In this document: in pieces, positions 37,266 to 50,300 of the stretch
How positions within the stretch are numbered: the stretch's first letter is position 1
Layout of the letters: each line of letters opens with the position of its first letter
NCBI GenBank assembly: GCA_907165135.1
Contig: OU015567.1
Coordinates: forward strand, 11,408,001-11,472,000
Direction of reading: 5' to 3'
Length of the DNA: 64,000 bases
Origin: Oikopleura dioica
Lineage: Eukaryota > Animalia > Chordata
The notes under the pieces: model-generated
What the model saw: only the letters and a program-made list of their open reading frames with translations
What the model was told of the DNA's origin: nothing
The model's database searches: none
Position numbers and translations under genes: made by a program

Positions 37266-38637
37266 TTAGATGTCGACGCATCGAATAGCGTGGCCGACTG
37301 GGAAGTTGAAGTTGGTGCCGTCGCAGATTGCCAATGAGTCAGCAGCAATCGTTCCTAAATTGATTTGTTATCGAGGATATTCAAAAGATTGTTAGTTACC
37401 TTCTGGGCAAGAGAAGGTGACGACGAGTTTGTCACCGCCAAGAACTTGGTAGCTGCCGCCTTCTTCGAGCTTGAAGTTGTCGAGAACATCACCACATGGG
37501 GTGTCCAAAGGCTTGGGCACGCAGTTCACTGGACCAGTGTAGTCGAACTTGCCGTTGAATTTGGTAGTGTAGCACTTGGCCTTCTCGACATCGGGGATCT
37601 CTCCCTCAGGACAGATGAAAGTACACTCGTTGTCTAATTATTAATAATTAATTGAATCCAAAGGCTGATTTTCTAGTACCTTCGCACTTGACGCTAGCAC
37701 CAGGTCCGAGCTGGAAGATCGATGGATCATCAGCAGAACCGCAATCAGTGTAGATATGTGGATTGACGCACTTGATGAAGTCAGAGATAGATCCAGGAAT
37801 GATGGAGATCTGTTCGTTGCCCTTCTTGTCGACCTAATAATAATTGACGCGGCTTGCTAAACGTTCTCTGCAGTCTAAATCACCTTGACTTCGCAGATAT
37901 CAATTGGACCAGGGTTGGTAGCAACATGGATTGGGTTAAGACTGTTTGGATCAGAAAGCATAAGTGGCTTCTGAGCTGGATCATCAACGCATCGGAAAGT
38001 ACATTGCTCAACGTAACCGCCCTTGATCTTCTTCTCTTCGCACAAGAAGACAAGTTTGCTGTCGAGAATAAATGGAGCAAATGGCATTTCGATAAGGTTT
38101 CCACATTGAGTATCTGGTGGTGGAATACAGGTGATAGGAGTCTCTATGACAATCGGTTATTTTCTGAGTTTTGGCAATAAAAATCATTCTCTTTTAAATA
38201 CTAAAACTTGAAAAAATTACCCTTGAAGTCAGTGAAAGTGAATTTTCGTCCGTCACAGAAAACATCCTGGGATGGCTTGTTGTTTCCATCAGCACAGACG
38301 AATGAGCACTTCTCGCCGCCCTCAACCTTTTCACAGCTGGTGTGGGCGATGTTGGCATCAAGATTGTAGTGATCGGCAACATTACCGCACATAGTGTCGG
38401 GAACTAAATTGGTTATTTTAGATTGTGCTCAGTAAAAGGGGTGCAAGGGGAGGAAAGGGGAAAATCTTGAATCGCGCCTGAAAACAGTTATATAAATTTT
38501 CTTCGTCCATAATCGTGCCTGAAATAATCATCAAGTGCTTCTTATATAAATTGACCACACAATTTTACAAATCAAAGCTTACAAAAGTGACGTTTTCTGA
38601 GGTTGGAATCAAGGAAGAGTACATCTCGTGGCTCATC
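37266..38637 (-). CDS. Cys-repeat extracellular-type protein with DTxCG / CxFxC modules (degenerate sushi-like; oikosin candidate)
   Basis: Repeats DTMCG..CSFVC, DTQCG..CTFRC, YTDCG..CTFIC and DTPCG..VTFSC; ends HAIRCVDI*. Start uncertain. Confidence 0.65.
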
Positions 38638-39178
38638 AGAGCTCCTAAAAGGTAAAATAAGTCTCTAAGTCGAATTTTCTCTCGTTCAAAAAGGCAAATT
38701 TTTTTAAAAAGCGATCATGTTTCAGCTGATTGCTTGAAATGGCGCTGAAATTCTGAAATGCTCAGTGGATATATCCGAGATCACACGGATGATAACGTGC
38801 GCTACATCAAGTTTTGTTAATATATAAATCCGACGGTGTAGAAGGACGAAAAGGGTGATACGAATCTCCGGAATCACGGAGTCGGCAGCGAATCCGAATC
38901 TTATCTGGAGCCGTGGACGCCAGAAAAATCGATCAGCCACCAGGGGAGAAGATTCGTAATTATGACCGCACAGGTCTTTTTTCCACTCAAATCCAGAAAA
39001 GAATAAAGACATGATATTATTATAAAAATATATTTTATCGCGTTACAAAAATATCCAGTGCATGTGTACAGAACAGCGAGGGTGGTATTTTTCTCTGGGA
39101 ACGGTTTTTTTTTAGGTTTTTTAAATATATATAATTAATTAAAGTTTAAAAGATTATGTTAAATAGTGAAGCAGCGGG

Positions 39179-42100
39179 CTAGATTTCGTACGAGTGCGTG
39201 AGCTTGTTCTCGATCTTCAGGACTTCTCGGGCGCGGTAGGCGGAATATGGACGTCGTCGGGCACTGGGTTGTCCAGGGATCTTGAAGGGTGGTTATTTTT
39301 GTTGTTCAGTTGTTACTCTATCTAGTCAGTTTTGAGAGTTTTTGAGAGTTAAATATTTGCCGAAGCAATTTTGAATGTCATTATTTTTGTTTGATAAGAG
39401 ACTATCTGATTGCTTCAATCCATGTTATCTTTGGTAAGTCTCGGCTTATCTTATCCAAGAGTCCTGTTAGTCGTTGGTTTAGTAGTTAGTCTCACACAGT
39501 AACCACCTCGTTCCTGTTCAAGTCTTCCTCGTCCAGTGTTTTTCTGACGAGGTTAGGGAGCTGAACGGATGGTTAGTCATTGACTAATAGTCAAACTGGT
39601 TAGTATTTTCTAACGCGATTACTTTTCGGACGCGGCCTTTGTACAAATGTCCGTCGGTGCCTTCCAAGTCTGCTGATTCAAAATCGGTACCCATGGCCAG
39701 CCGCAGTTCTAAATTTTGGGTCATTTATTAGAGAGCACCGCTAGAATTACCTTCTTGTCGAGCTCCACGATCGTAAACAACTTGTCGATTTCCACCAACT
39801 TGTCGAGGAATAGATCCTGATTTGAAACTGAAAAATGTGCGTGAGCAAATGATAACTTATGATTCTTTTAGGGAACGAATCGTAATTATTAATCAAAAAC
39901 AAGCGAAACTCAGAAATCAATAAAACACAATCAAAAAAAATACTCACGCTTCTTTCCTACAAAAATATAATAAATGAGCAAAGATTGATAAAGACTTACT
40001 TGTATCCACTGATTTCCTGTCTGATTTTGTTTTCTTTCATTTTGCGTCTTCGTTCTAGTTCTTTTTCAACGAGGAGTGTGCTGTAATCAGATGTGCCTTC
40101 ACGCTTGATAGGATCGAGCAAGTCTGAAGGTTCTCCGCGAGCTTGCGATCTCACATGCTTTGTATCGTAAGCGGTGTGCGGCCTGAGCGACATTCGAGCG
40201 GGGAAAGCGGACGGAGAAGGAAGAAGCGGATTCGTTATTCGCATGTACAAATCCTTAAATTCTATTTTAGGGAAATACCGAGAGAACAAGTGTTTCAGCT
40301 ATGCTGACTCAGCTCTCGATTTGTCGAGTCTTACCTTGTCGCAGGAAATACAGTTAAACAATTGCTTCCTAAAACCAGCGGCTCCGGCTTCAGTTGCCAG
40401 GTCGTTGAGTCCTCCTGCTCCTGCTTTTTCGATTTTCTTACGCAACGCGCGAAGTCGTTTTTCAATTTGCTCTGAGAATCTGTTGAAGTCGTCGTCTTTT
40501 GTGCGATGGTCGACTTCAAGGCCGACTTCTTTCAAGTGCTCGCCCATGGATTGCTCGTGCGCTGCTTGGCGGTTTATTAATTCCTGTTGAGAAGTATTCA
40601 ATTTGGTCCACGTGGAATAGTGGGGATCGCATTGAATACTGATCCTGAAGCTGATTGATAATCGACTGCGCCGTGCTATCCAACTCGTCCTTTGACAACA
40701 ACGCCCTCAGATCTGCAGCATCTGCCTTCTGGTCCAAACTCGTCGTAACAAAGTCCTAAAAAGACGATTTCAATTGTTCAAATAGTTACAGTAACGTGTC
40801 TGTCATTTTATTTATGCCTCGTTCTGTGAAATGTCATACAATGACAGTAGCTACTTCAGGAGTTACACTCTCAGATGTTTTTGCCGAAGTATGTTTTCTT
40901 TAGGATTTAAGTTTTCGATGTTCTTACCTTGAGAGCAGCGCGCTCTTGAAGATCTTGCAGTAGTCGCTCGAGTTAAAGTTCAAAATTATTCAAATCCAAA
41001 TCTGCCGAGAATAACAGACTGTTCTCATTTAGCTTCAGGTAACAAACAGTCTCGCGAATCTGAACTTTTCCTGTAGTCTGTCCAGTTCTTCTGATTTCGC
41101 CCTTCCATCGGCAGACAGTGATTTAATCAGCTCTTCCATTGCCTTTAATTCGCGCTCGGTTCCACTCAGTTGTTTCTAAGAAAATTGTGTATTTTTGAAA
41201 GTGTCAAGTGAAAGATCAAGTTTTTTTGGAAGCTTGGCAAGTTATCTAAAATAACATACGATTTTATCTACTGTATAATTTTCTCCGTCACATGAATCAC
41301 ACTAAGCTGGCTATTTTAAAATTCTAGATGAGCAAGCTACGATACCTGAAGTTTCTCAACGGTCTCATTTGAAATCTCGCTGTTTCCTCTGCTACTTCCA
41401 TCACTTAATGCCGCCCTCGTTTCCGCCAATTCCTTGAATTTGTTTTCATACAAGTTCGACATGTTGTCAAGCTCGGATCTGAGATTTTTCAAATCTGACA
41501 GATCATTGCCGTGAATATCAAGCGTTTCTTCATGCTCCCTCAAGTGCATCGAGTGATCCTCTGTCTTGAGTTCTTCGTCGCGGAGACGCTTGCGCAAGTC
41601 GAGAAGACTGTCGGCAAGGTTCGATATTTCGTCGTGCATTTTCAAACAAAACGATTCAACAAAATTTTTTCAAAGCTATTTTTGAAAAAATTGCAAACAC
41701 AAAACTATTTTATGGCAACCAAAAAGGATGATTTATCGGTGAAATGAAAATATACAGTCGAAACTGTATATTTTGGTGAATCGTGAACCGGTGTCATTAT
41801 GATTGCCTTATTAGGATCCTCTCCGACCTTTTCAGTGGATGACTTGAACATTTCCAGGTCGCGTCTGAGTCGATTATTTTCATCGAGAAGATCATTGACT
41901 CGGCCGTCGATCTCTTCTGCTCGTCGGTTGACATCTCCGATTCGGGTATCTGATGTTTCTAGAGATTGAATGTTAGTCAAGCGATGATTTGATGAATCTG
42001 TTTTTCATGCAAACATGCAAGAGGTATAAATGGGACATGCATAAATGGAGAGATAAAGGTGTAGGTTTATAGCTACTTGGTGAAAACTGTCCAGGTGCCC

Positions 42101-44660
42101 CAGGCATTCCAGGTCTTCCTTGAAGATTGATGAGTTGCCTGAAGTTTCCGAGAGATTGCCTGATAGAGTTGCGCGCGACGACGGATTTGCGCACCCGCTG
42201 CCTCTGGCCAGAGCTACTGCTGCTCCAGCCCGAGTTATCCTCGCTACTGAATGTATCTTCAGTAGTGTGGTCAGCCCGAGTGCTGTTGTTTCCTGGTCGA
42301 AGCTCGTGCTTGGATGATGCAAGTTGCGATCTATTTTTACTTGAGGGTGACTCTGCGATTTGGCAACTTTCAGATGGAGAATGGATTTGTGTGTTAGTAG
42401 GTGAGTTAGTCGAAACTTGATTTGGTCTTTGCTGATTGTTTGGAGTCGTTTGTTGACCGGGGACTCCACTTGAGGTTTGATTTTGGGGATCAACAGACTG
42501 AGGAAGGCTTTGATTTTGATTTGTGGAATGAGGACTAGCTTGATTTGATCCAAGTGCGTTCAGAGTTTCATTGTTGATGCTCGGAGTTCCAGAAATATTG
42601 TGGTCTTATAATCGGGGGAAATATCATTCAGCCTTTATTGGAATGTAGTGACAACTTTATGATGAGTTTCCCATTCCTGAAACTCGACGAGATGAGGAAG
42701 AAGAGCCGGTAAATGGTGTGTCTTTTTGAATGTTATTACTACCGCTGTTTTGATTCGAAAGTGCATTATTTCCATCTTGCTTGTTAGAGCTAGAGGCCGC
42801 GGGATCTGTTCTTGCAACTTGAGGGGACGGGTTAATTTTGGAGTTTGAGCCTCCAAGAGCTTGCGAGGGAGCCCCAACTTGAGGCTGAGTATTGAGATTT
42901 GTGCGAGAACTGCCTTTGCTTGAGATATTTTGCATGTTGGGACTTGGGGGCTGTGCTCGTCCGGTTAGGGAGTGGTTTGAGTTCTGCAGGAGGTAATCAC
43001 GTGAGGGTGTGCCGGCGAGGGAAAGCCTTGAATCACCAAGGGTTGAGCGACTCACTATGAAAATGGCGTGAGGATGATTTTGATGTTTTTTTGACTGATG
43101 ATTTCAATAAAATGGGATGATTGTATGAAATGACATAAATTTAGGGATGGAAGAATATGTATCAGGCTATTCTTACCATCAAATTCTTCATCTGTATTAA
43201 TTAAAGATTAGCCGAAAATTCGAATCTTTGAAATCAAAGATATACCTTGTCGCTTTGTTATATCGTTAATATTGGATTGCACATGTTTGTCGAGCTCGGC
43301 CAGACCGCTGTTGATATCTTCAATCATGTCGCGCATATCAGCGAGCTTATGAAGTCCCTCAAAATAGTTTTGATATTTTTCGCGTTCTTCGTGACACTTG
43401 GACATTTCGTTGTCAAGCTCGTTGCCAAAGAAATCATGGCTAAAGGAAATAATAATATATAACGGACAATTTCTTGTTTTTACCTGAAAGATTCGTCGAG
43501 TTGGGACCAATTAACAGCTTCTTTGGCAATTTGTTCGACCTTAGCAGCTCGTTCTTCGAGATTGGCGAGTCTGTCGGTAAGGTCGTGTACCTTGTCAGTT
43601 GCCGCTTTGTTCTCCTCCATCTTGGACTCAAGCTCCTTTACTAATGAGTCCAAGGCGCTCAGGTGATCATCTTGTGCTTTTTGCTCGCTCGCTAGAAATT
43701 ATCTTTGACGAGACAGTAGAATATTTGCATATGCACAATGAGGTTGATACGAAAAGGGAGATTGATGGAAAAACGCTGCCTCCGAAGGGCGCTGTTTTCA
43801 ATCAAGGAGCCTCATCAAGGCTTGTCAAGCCTGGCTTGATCAATCAGTGACCCGGAAATCACTTTTTTAGCAGGAAAAGAGATCTATCAATAAAGTCTGA
43901 ATATTCGAGCAAAATACAGCTACGTGAAATAGCGATCGAGTTGCTCCGAGAATTTACCCACCTTGTCAAAACTGGCAGGGACAAACACAATGAGATCTGA
44001 TAGTGTAATGAGCTCCCTTAGAAACTCTTAATTAAATTTGCTTTTGACGGAATCACCATCCGGCCGACGCAAACGATGGCGATACAAAGTTCGCAAAGAC
44101 ACAGTTTTCAATAGAATTTAAGATTTAACGATTTGTTGAAGCTGCCAATAAAACATAATTTGACGGAAGCTTACGTCGACTTACCCATTCTATCCTTGGT
44201 ATCCTTCAAATCGCTTTCGACGTTTTTCAACTGGCGGGCGAGCTTTTCGAGCATATCGAGCGCCTTCTCGATTCCCTCCTCGTTCGCGTCGACTCGCTTT
44301 TTCAGCCTATTTTCGGCGAAATCCTTCGTAATTGGCCCTTCGTCTCCGTTCTGCGTCTGTTGAATAAGCGTATTTGGGCTTTTAGGCCGCGTCATTCCTC
44401 ATCCAAGTTCACTTTCTAAGCTCATTACCAAATGAGCTTCGTTTGAAAATTCAACATTGGTAAACTCGTTCCTTCGACAATTTTTTCCAACTGCTGAAGG
44501 CGTTCGTGATATTTATCAGTGGCTGGTCGGACCTCTCCGTTAGGCCCGACCTGTGGGAGCTCGGCTCCGATGTCCAACTTGACCAGAATCGCGTCCAGGA
44601 TCACCTTGAGCTCGAGAAAGTTGACCGCTCCGGCATCGTCGCCGGAGCCAAGGGCTTTTC
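39179..44660 (-). CDS. QRICH2: QRICH2/C16orf96-like coiled-coil protein (DUF4795-type); 5' end approximate
   Basis: N-terminal ALGSGDDAGAVNFLELKVIL; coiled coils; AGAAGFRKQLFNCISCDK; RSWSS..|..DLEGTDGHLYKGR near the C-terminus; large S/N/Q/P-rich internal exons. Confidence 0.8.
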
Positions 44661-44946
44661 ACGGTTAGGACTAGACCAAAGTCGCGGTTTGTTTTAACCC
44701 AGTTACAAGTGGACGGACTTGCCGAAATTTACAAAATATGCTTACTTTATAAACTTTTTACTAAATAACCAATTTTTGAGTCAGTTTGATAAAATTTGGT
44801 TAGCAAGACATCCATCCTCTTAGAAAGATCGTTACGAAATAGGTCAATTTCACACATAACGCGAAATTTTCGGCAGAAAGTTCAACATCTTAATTGCGTT
44901 GCGAAGACAAGCCAACAATTTTCAAAATGATTCAACCGTGCCTTGG

Positions 44947-45510
44947 TCAAGCATCACCCTCAGGTTCGAGACCATATTTCAATCTAAACGTAAAAACGTG
45001 GGTCGGCGTGGGGACTTCTCTTTCTTTTACGCAGTGTTCTTGATAGTAAAACGTAAAAAATAGTAAATCATAATTAGAGAAAAAGGTTCTAGAGACAGCT
45101 CGTGAAACGTGTTCGGTTAATTCTTGAGCTTGGCCTTTAGTTAATGCTAATAAGCTTTCTAGAGGCGAAGTGGATGAGTCCAAAATCTAAGGTCGCGCAA
45201 ATCGAGTTCAAATTCAACTATTTTATCAAAGCGTAAAAATGAAAGGATTCAAATTCTAGCCCTATCTCATGAAGATACCACGACTGTTCAAATTCTTCTT
45301 CATTTTCTTTCTAATCTCTTTCTCGTTCCATCTCTATTTTTCGGCCTTATCTTTTTTCAATAAAAACGATAATTCGATAACTCTAAAATGTGGTGTCTAC
45401 GGCGGTGCAGGAGTGGTAAGATGCGAGATAAATATTGGTTCCTCTGGGAAAGCAAGCTCTCAGCATCACCTCCAAAATACTGCTTACGCTGAGCAAATTT
45501 TCGCCATTTT
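44947..45510 (-). CDS. Small orphan gene; start uncertain
   Basis: Exons GDAESLLSQRNQYLSRILPLLHRRRHHILELSNYR, DSSTSPLESLLALTKGQAQELTEHVSR and EHCVKEREVPTPTHVFTFRLKYGLEPEGDA*. Confidence 0.4.
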
Positions 45511-46094
45511 TTCGAATTTTGCTGCTGGCTGCCGTAGCTACGCCCGCAGATCAAATACGCGCAGTATCTACTAAATCGCAATTCATGATCTGTGTCATCT
45601 GAGAAAACTTGTTAAAAACATTCCCTTCCAATTTCAGTTCCAAAAAACTACTTTCCAAAGAGCATCTTAAGGGTGTCAGCGACAGTCCACAAAGGCTATG
45701 TTTTTAGGCTAACAACTTGTTAACTCTGAAAACTACGTAATATTTTCTGAAAAAAGTATGAATATCGCCATCTTTAAAAAAGGTTGCTTTTCCATCTCTT
45801 TTGAAACTGATACCTTTTTCAGTCAGAAAACAAGGGTCAACTGAAGCTCTAGAAAATTTAAATTCACAAATTCTTCGACGTGTGTTTTCTCGCTACTGTA
45901 GCAATCTGCCGACTGATTAAAAAAGAAACATAGAAAGGAAACTTCATTGAATAGAACTCGCTATGGTGAATAAATAGAAATCACGCACGTCGCGCGTCTT
46001 TTCATTCTCCCATTCTAAGAAACTGTCACTCCTATCACCGTCTACTCAAGATGAGAAAAAAAATTTCATTGCTATTTTCAAGTTTATTGCAATT

Positions 46095-47023
46095 TTAGTT
46101 CAACAAGTTCGCTCTCCACGCAGCTTTGGTTGTTTCTTCGGCAGAATTCATCACTTCGATCGTGCACTCAGGCCCGGTACAGCATTGCCGACAAACGGAA
46201 GGTCCCTTTTTCCACCACGAAAAAGGCTGGCACTGATGACGGCCCCATTGTCCAACAAAGTTTTGCTTCTTGTTATCGAGACATGCTACTCGAGATTTAC
46301 AGCCCATTCGAATCTACAAATAATGATAGTGTTAAGGGTGCTCTAAATCAGGAAAACGTACATCTTCGAGACTTCCATTGCGTTTTCGCACTTCGATCTG
46401 ACAGACAGAGGCATTTTCGGGGCATTCAAGTTTCTCCCCTTCTTCAAGGCACGCAGTCATGTTCGCAGCGTGGCAGGTATGGCAGAAAATGTCGGTTCCG
46501 GGGCTTGGTGGCGTCGTTGGTGGTTCCGTGGTGTCTGTTGTGTATGGATTAGTATCGGTAACAACTGGAGTGGATTCTGTGGTGTATGGGTCTGTACCCG
46601 TAACAACGGGAGTAGATTCGGTTGTATAGGGATCAGTGCCAGTAACAACGGGAGTGGAGTCGGTTGTGTAAGGGTCAGTACCCGTAACGACTGGAGTGGA
46701 TTCTGTGGTGTATGGGTCCGTACCCGTTACAAGGGGAGTGGATTCCGTTGTGTATGGGTCAGTTCCAGTAACGACGGGAGTGGATTCGGTTGTGTATGGG
46801 TCAGTTTCAGTCGTACCTGGCTCCGGTGTACTGGTATCCCAGGGAGTGTAAGTCGTCTCTGGGGGAATAGTTGGCTCTTCTGTCGTGGTACTCCCAAAAT
46901 TTCCCCGGAAATAGTCATAATCGGGCTCTTGGGCCTAGAAAAAAAACTTAAAAAAAATTTTTTTCCTACTAAAATTCTTACCAAAACAGTCGCAGCAAAA
47001 GTAAATGCAGTAAAAAGCTTCAT
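46095..47023 (-). CDS. Secreted mucin-repeat protein with three-finger/Ly6-like Cys domain (oikosin-like candidate)
   Basis: MKLFTAFTFAATVL|AQEPDY..(TDPYTTESTPVVTG)x~6.5..FCHTCHAANMTACLEEG..CPENASVCQIEVRKRNG..|MGCKSRVACLDNKKQNF..QCQP..SVCRQCCTGPEC. Confidence 0.85.
46536..46810 (-). repeat. Coding 42-bp tandem repeat, about 6.5 copies (14-aa Thr/Pro-rich unit)
   Basis: Plus-strand unit approximates GTATGGGTCAGTACCCGTAACAACGGGAGTGGATTCGGTTGT, repeated. Confidence 0.9.
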
Positions 47024-47780
47024 AATGGTGGTGGTAAAATTCCGGTTTAATTATTTTAAACGCAGATAGTGAAGAATGAGGAGAGCCGAAGTGCTTTTTA
47101 TGCTCCTGATAATGAATAATTACGCCATCTCTGTCAACGGAATGAATTTTGTTTGAAAGGGTCGATTCAAGTTTTTTTTCTGCGAACGGTGTAAAAGTAA
47201 GCTAGAGATGACGAGTTGAACTTTGACTTTCAAAATTGTTTCTAGAGCTTCATTCAGCATCTCATGTTTTCATAAATATTCAGTTAGTCCATTAGGCTAG
47301 ATGTAGAAATAACAATCATAGGATTTAGATGGACTCATTTTTTTTCACGATAACAGCCGGATTTTTATTGATTTTATTGAAAACAAAACTTTATATTTGT
47401 AGATGATAGCGACTACGAATACGATTACACGATCGATGGATAAAACGAAACTCGCCGCAAAGTTCGAAACCTGTTCTTTACAAAAATATTTATATAATAA
47501 AAATGTACACTTTCAGAGAAAAATTTACCTGGAGAGAGATCATAAATAAGAAGATCTCTTTCCATTCATTCTTTTTAAATTTTGATATGCAAGTTGAGCA
47601 TAGAAAGCGTTTCACAAGAGCCAGAAATTAAATGAACCCAGTTTTGGCCAGGGCAGAGTCAGTTTCCACAAATATTCAAAGTGCATTAGGCGCTGCTCCA
47701 TCTTGCGGCGTTACCTCCCGCATCGCGTTATCATCGCTGTGTCTGCGTGGTGGCGCTCTTTCTGCGTACAACTTGTCGAG

Positions 47781-47787
47781 TATAAAA
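47781..47787 (+). promoter_or_regulatory. TATA box of the plus-strand Cys-domain paralog
   Basis: TATAAAA 82 nt upstream of ATG 47863. Confidence 0.5.
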
Positions 47788-47862
47788 CAGCGTGGTTGAC
47801 CTTCTGTCAAGCAAGAAATAAACTCTTATTTCAATATTCAATAGCAAAAAAGAAGAGCAGAA

Positions 47863-48364
47863 ATGAAGCTTTTCACGACTCTCGCCGTTGCCGCTCTTGC
47901 CCAATACGCTCCTGATCCAGCAACAACCGAGGAAACAACCACCATTGTCCCAAACACTGGCCTCAGCTGCTGGCATTGCGATGCTAAGAACATGACCGAG
48001 TGCGAGAGCATCGGCGAGCAGAAAGAATGCGCGGACAATGCGCAAGTTTGCATGGTCGAAGTCCGAAAGCGAAACGGCGTTTTGGAATCTGTAAGCTTTA
48101 ATTACCTCTTACAGCGTTTCTATCTTTATCTAGGTTTGCATGGGATGCAAGTGGCCAAAAGCCTGCGTCGACAACAAGAAGCAGAACTTCAAGGGCAAGT
48201 GGAAGGAGCAGCAGTGCAAGCCATGGGCCTGGTACAAGAAGGGAGCTTCCGTCTGCCGACAGTGCTGCAACGCCGATGACGATTGCGCCAAAGACTTCAT
48301 GTCAAACGGCGTCGGACCACTCGACATTGCTGGCTGGAAAGAAAACATCCTTGTCCAGAACTAA
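47863..48364 (+). CDS. Secreted three-finger/Ly6-like Cys-domain protein, paralog of 46095-47023
   Basis: MKLFTTLAVAALA..LSCWHCDAKNMTECESIG..CADNAQVCMVEVRKRNGVLES|VCMGCKWPKACVDNKKQNF..QCKP..SVCRQCC; intron at the same position as in the paralog. Confidence 0.88.
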
Positions 48365-48634
48365 TTTTACAAGCTTGAACTCAATTCATCCACATTCTGA
48401 AACAACCCTTTTTTGAAATCGCTCTATCAAAGTTACTTGATAAAGCGTCCTGTAAATGTTTTCCATGCTACAGTTTCATCGAAATAAACGACAAAATCTT
48501 AAGATTTCAATAATTTTACGAACGAATCTGTTTTGGAGTAGGTTACTTCTAATGAATGTTGTGAAGACACACATGTACGGTTTCATCTCTTCAAAATTTT
48601 AATGCTGATTTGCTTTTATCTACCTCTATATCAT

Positions 48635-48675
48635 ATATAGTCTATATAATATAGTCTATATAATATAGACTATAT
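48635..48675. repeat. AT-rich tandem and inverted palindromic repeat
   Basis: ATATAGTCTATAT-A-ATATAGTCTATAT-A-ATATAGACTATAT. Confidence 0.7.
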
Positions 48676-49886
48676 GGTCTATCGAAATAGCTTCTCAATT
48701 TCAGGACCTGAAGGAAGTTAGCAGCTATGTTTTTCACAGAAGCCTAAAAATTTTAGGCCCAAAAACTGCACAGAAAACTGCAGTAAGAGCTCGATAGATA
48801 TATACGCGAATGCCGAAGCCACGAATAAAGCCAGGAAGGGAAGAAAAATTGGCGGAAGCGATGTTGTTCGCGATAACGCCTGTTGAGCGACCACATCTTC
48901 CTGAGATCCATTTAACGAGTATATTGGTATATCATCTATAAAAAAGATTGTAGACTTTTTACGGAAACAATAATACTATTTCGAAAATTAATATTGTGTT
49001 GATAATATCGAATAGCATGAAGCTAAATAAATTCAAGTTCGAAATTGCTCGCCGAGGATAACCAATTACCATTTACGCTTTTTAGAACAGACTGCGCATC
49101 GGAAAGCGTGCATAAGACGTGGCTCAGCTAGAATCCGGTCAAAATAGATTGTCGATGGTGACTTTTGATAAGACAGTTCTTGACATTGGTGACGGTGACG
49201 GATAGAAAACTGTCATGTTCAAAAAGGGCAAAGATTTTGAATGTTTGTTTTTTGCAAAAAACTTGACGGCAAAATGAAGAAATGAGCAGAAAACGCGAGT
49301 CTTCTCGATCGTTAAAAACGTGAGGATATTTCCTCCCACGAATAAATATCAAAATTCAATTATCTTATGAAAATTTCGCTTGTCAATTCGAATTTTCAAA
49401 ATGTCCGAGTTGAAGCAAAAGGGCGAGAAATGATGTCATGAGTTTGCAAAATTCCAACGCACATTTGCCCACAAGAAAAATTTTGATTTTCTTACTAATT
49501 AAATCGGATGTCACGGAGGCGCTTCTCAAAATGTTATTTTTTGAACTTACTGATTATACGTCACCGTTGGATCATTCCCTCTTATTTTGCATCAAAGCGA
49601 ATTTCTTCGTTGCGAAAAAATGAACTTTCCAAACCAACACTTCATGACTTCATTGAATTTTAGTCCCTCCATATTTTCAATCCAGAAGTCACGAAGAGTC
49701 AAGCCTTTGAATTTTCCCAATTTCTAATTCCAACAAATGACGACGTTACGAAAAAGCTGAGCGGTGCGAAAATTGGAGCAAGGAAAATATTTTCTAACGA
49801 ATTTATTTTTTCTATAACAGTGAGCCAGGTGCAGGAAGATTCCCTGTTCGACCAGACAGGCGATGACATAAGCGAGTTGCGGGGAG

Positions 49887-50300
49887 TTAGCCGAAGAAGA
49901 TGGAGGATTTGCCACCCGGTGGGGCAGCGACTTTGATTGAAGTGTGTTTTACTGTAGGAGCTCCAGTTGCCTAAAAAGAAAGGAGAATTTTTTCTTGTGA
50001 CAAGAGAGAATTTCAAAAATGAAGCAAAAGCCAGCGGAAGTGGCCTGTTTCTGTGACTAAACCTCTTAGACGTGTGCTTTTACATACCTCCTCCGTTGTT
50101 TTGGGAGGTGTTTTCGGTTTCGGCGTTTCTTCACGAGGACTGCCAAAGATGGAAGACTCGTTCTTTCGGTTCCCTTCAGCGTGACGCTTGGGTTGGTAGG
50201 TCTCGCCTCCGAAGATTCCAGAGCTGGAGCCACCAGGAGGTTGAATGACCTTTGACGTGGGCCGAGCGATAGAGTCCATGTGGTTTACGGGGCCATCCAT
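49887..50300 (-). CDS. JPT: Jupiter microtubule-associated homolog (HN1/JPT family)
   Basis: RPTSKVIQPPGGSSSGIFG..NESSIFG..|..TSIKVAAPPGGKSSIFFG*: twin PPGG motifs. Confidence 0.88.

Noticed and set aside
46536-46810. Regular repeats as a CRISPR array
   Set aside because: Contiguous coding tandem units with no unique spacers; eukaryotic context and no cas genes.
46470-47069. 199-aa Gly/Cys/Trp-rich plus-strand ORF with repeats
   Set aside because: Antisense shadow of the mucin repeat gene, whose minus frame has the signal peptide, splice sites and a paralog.
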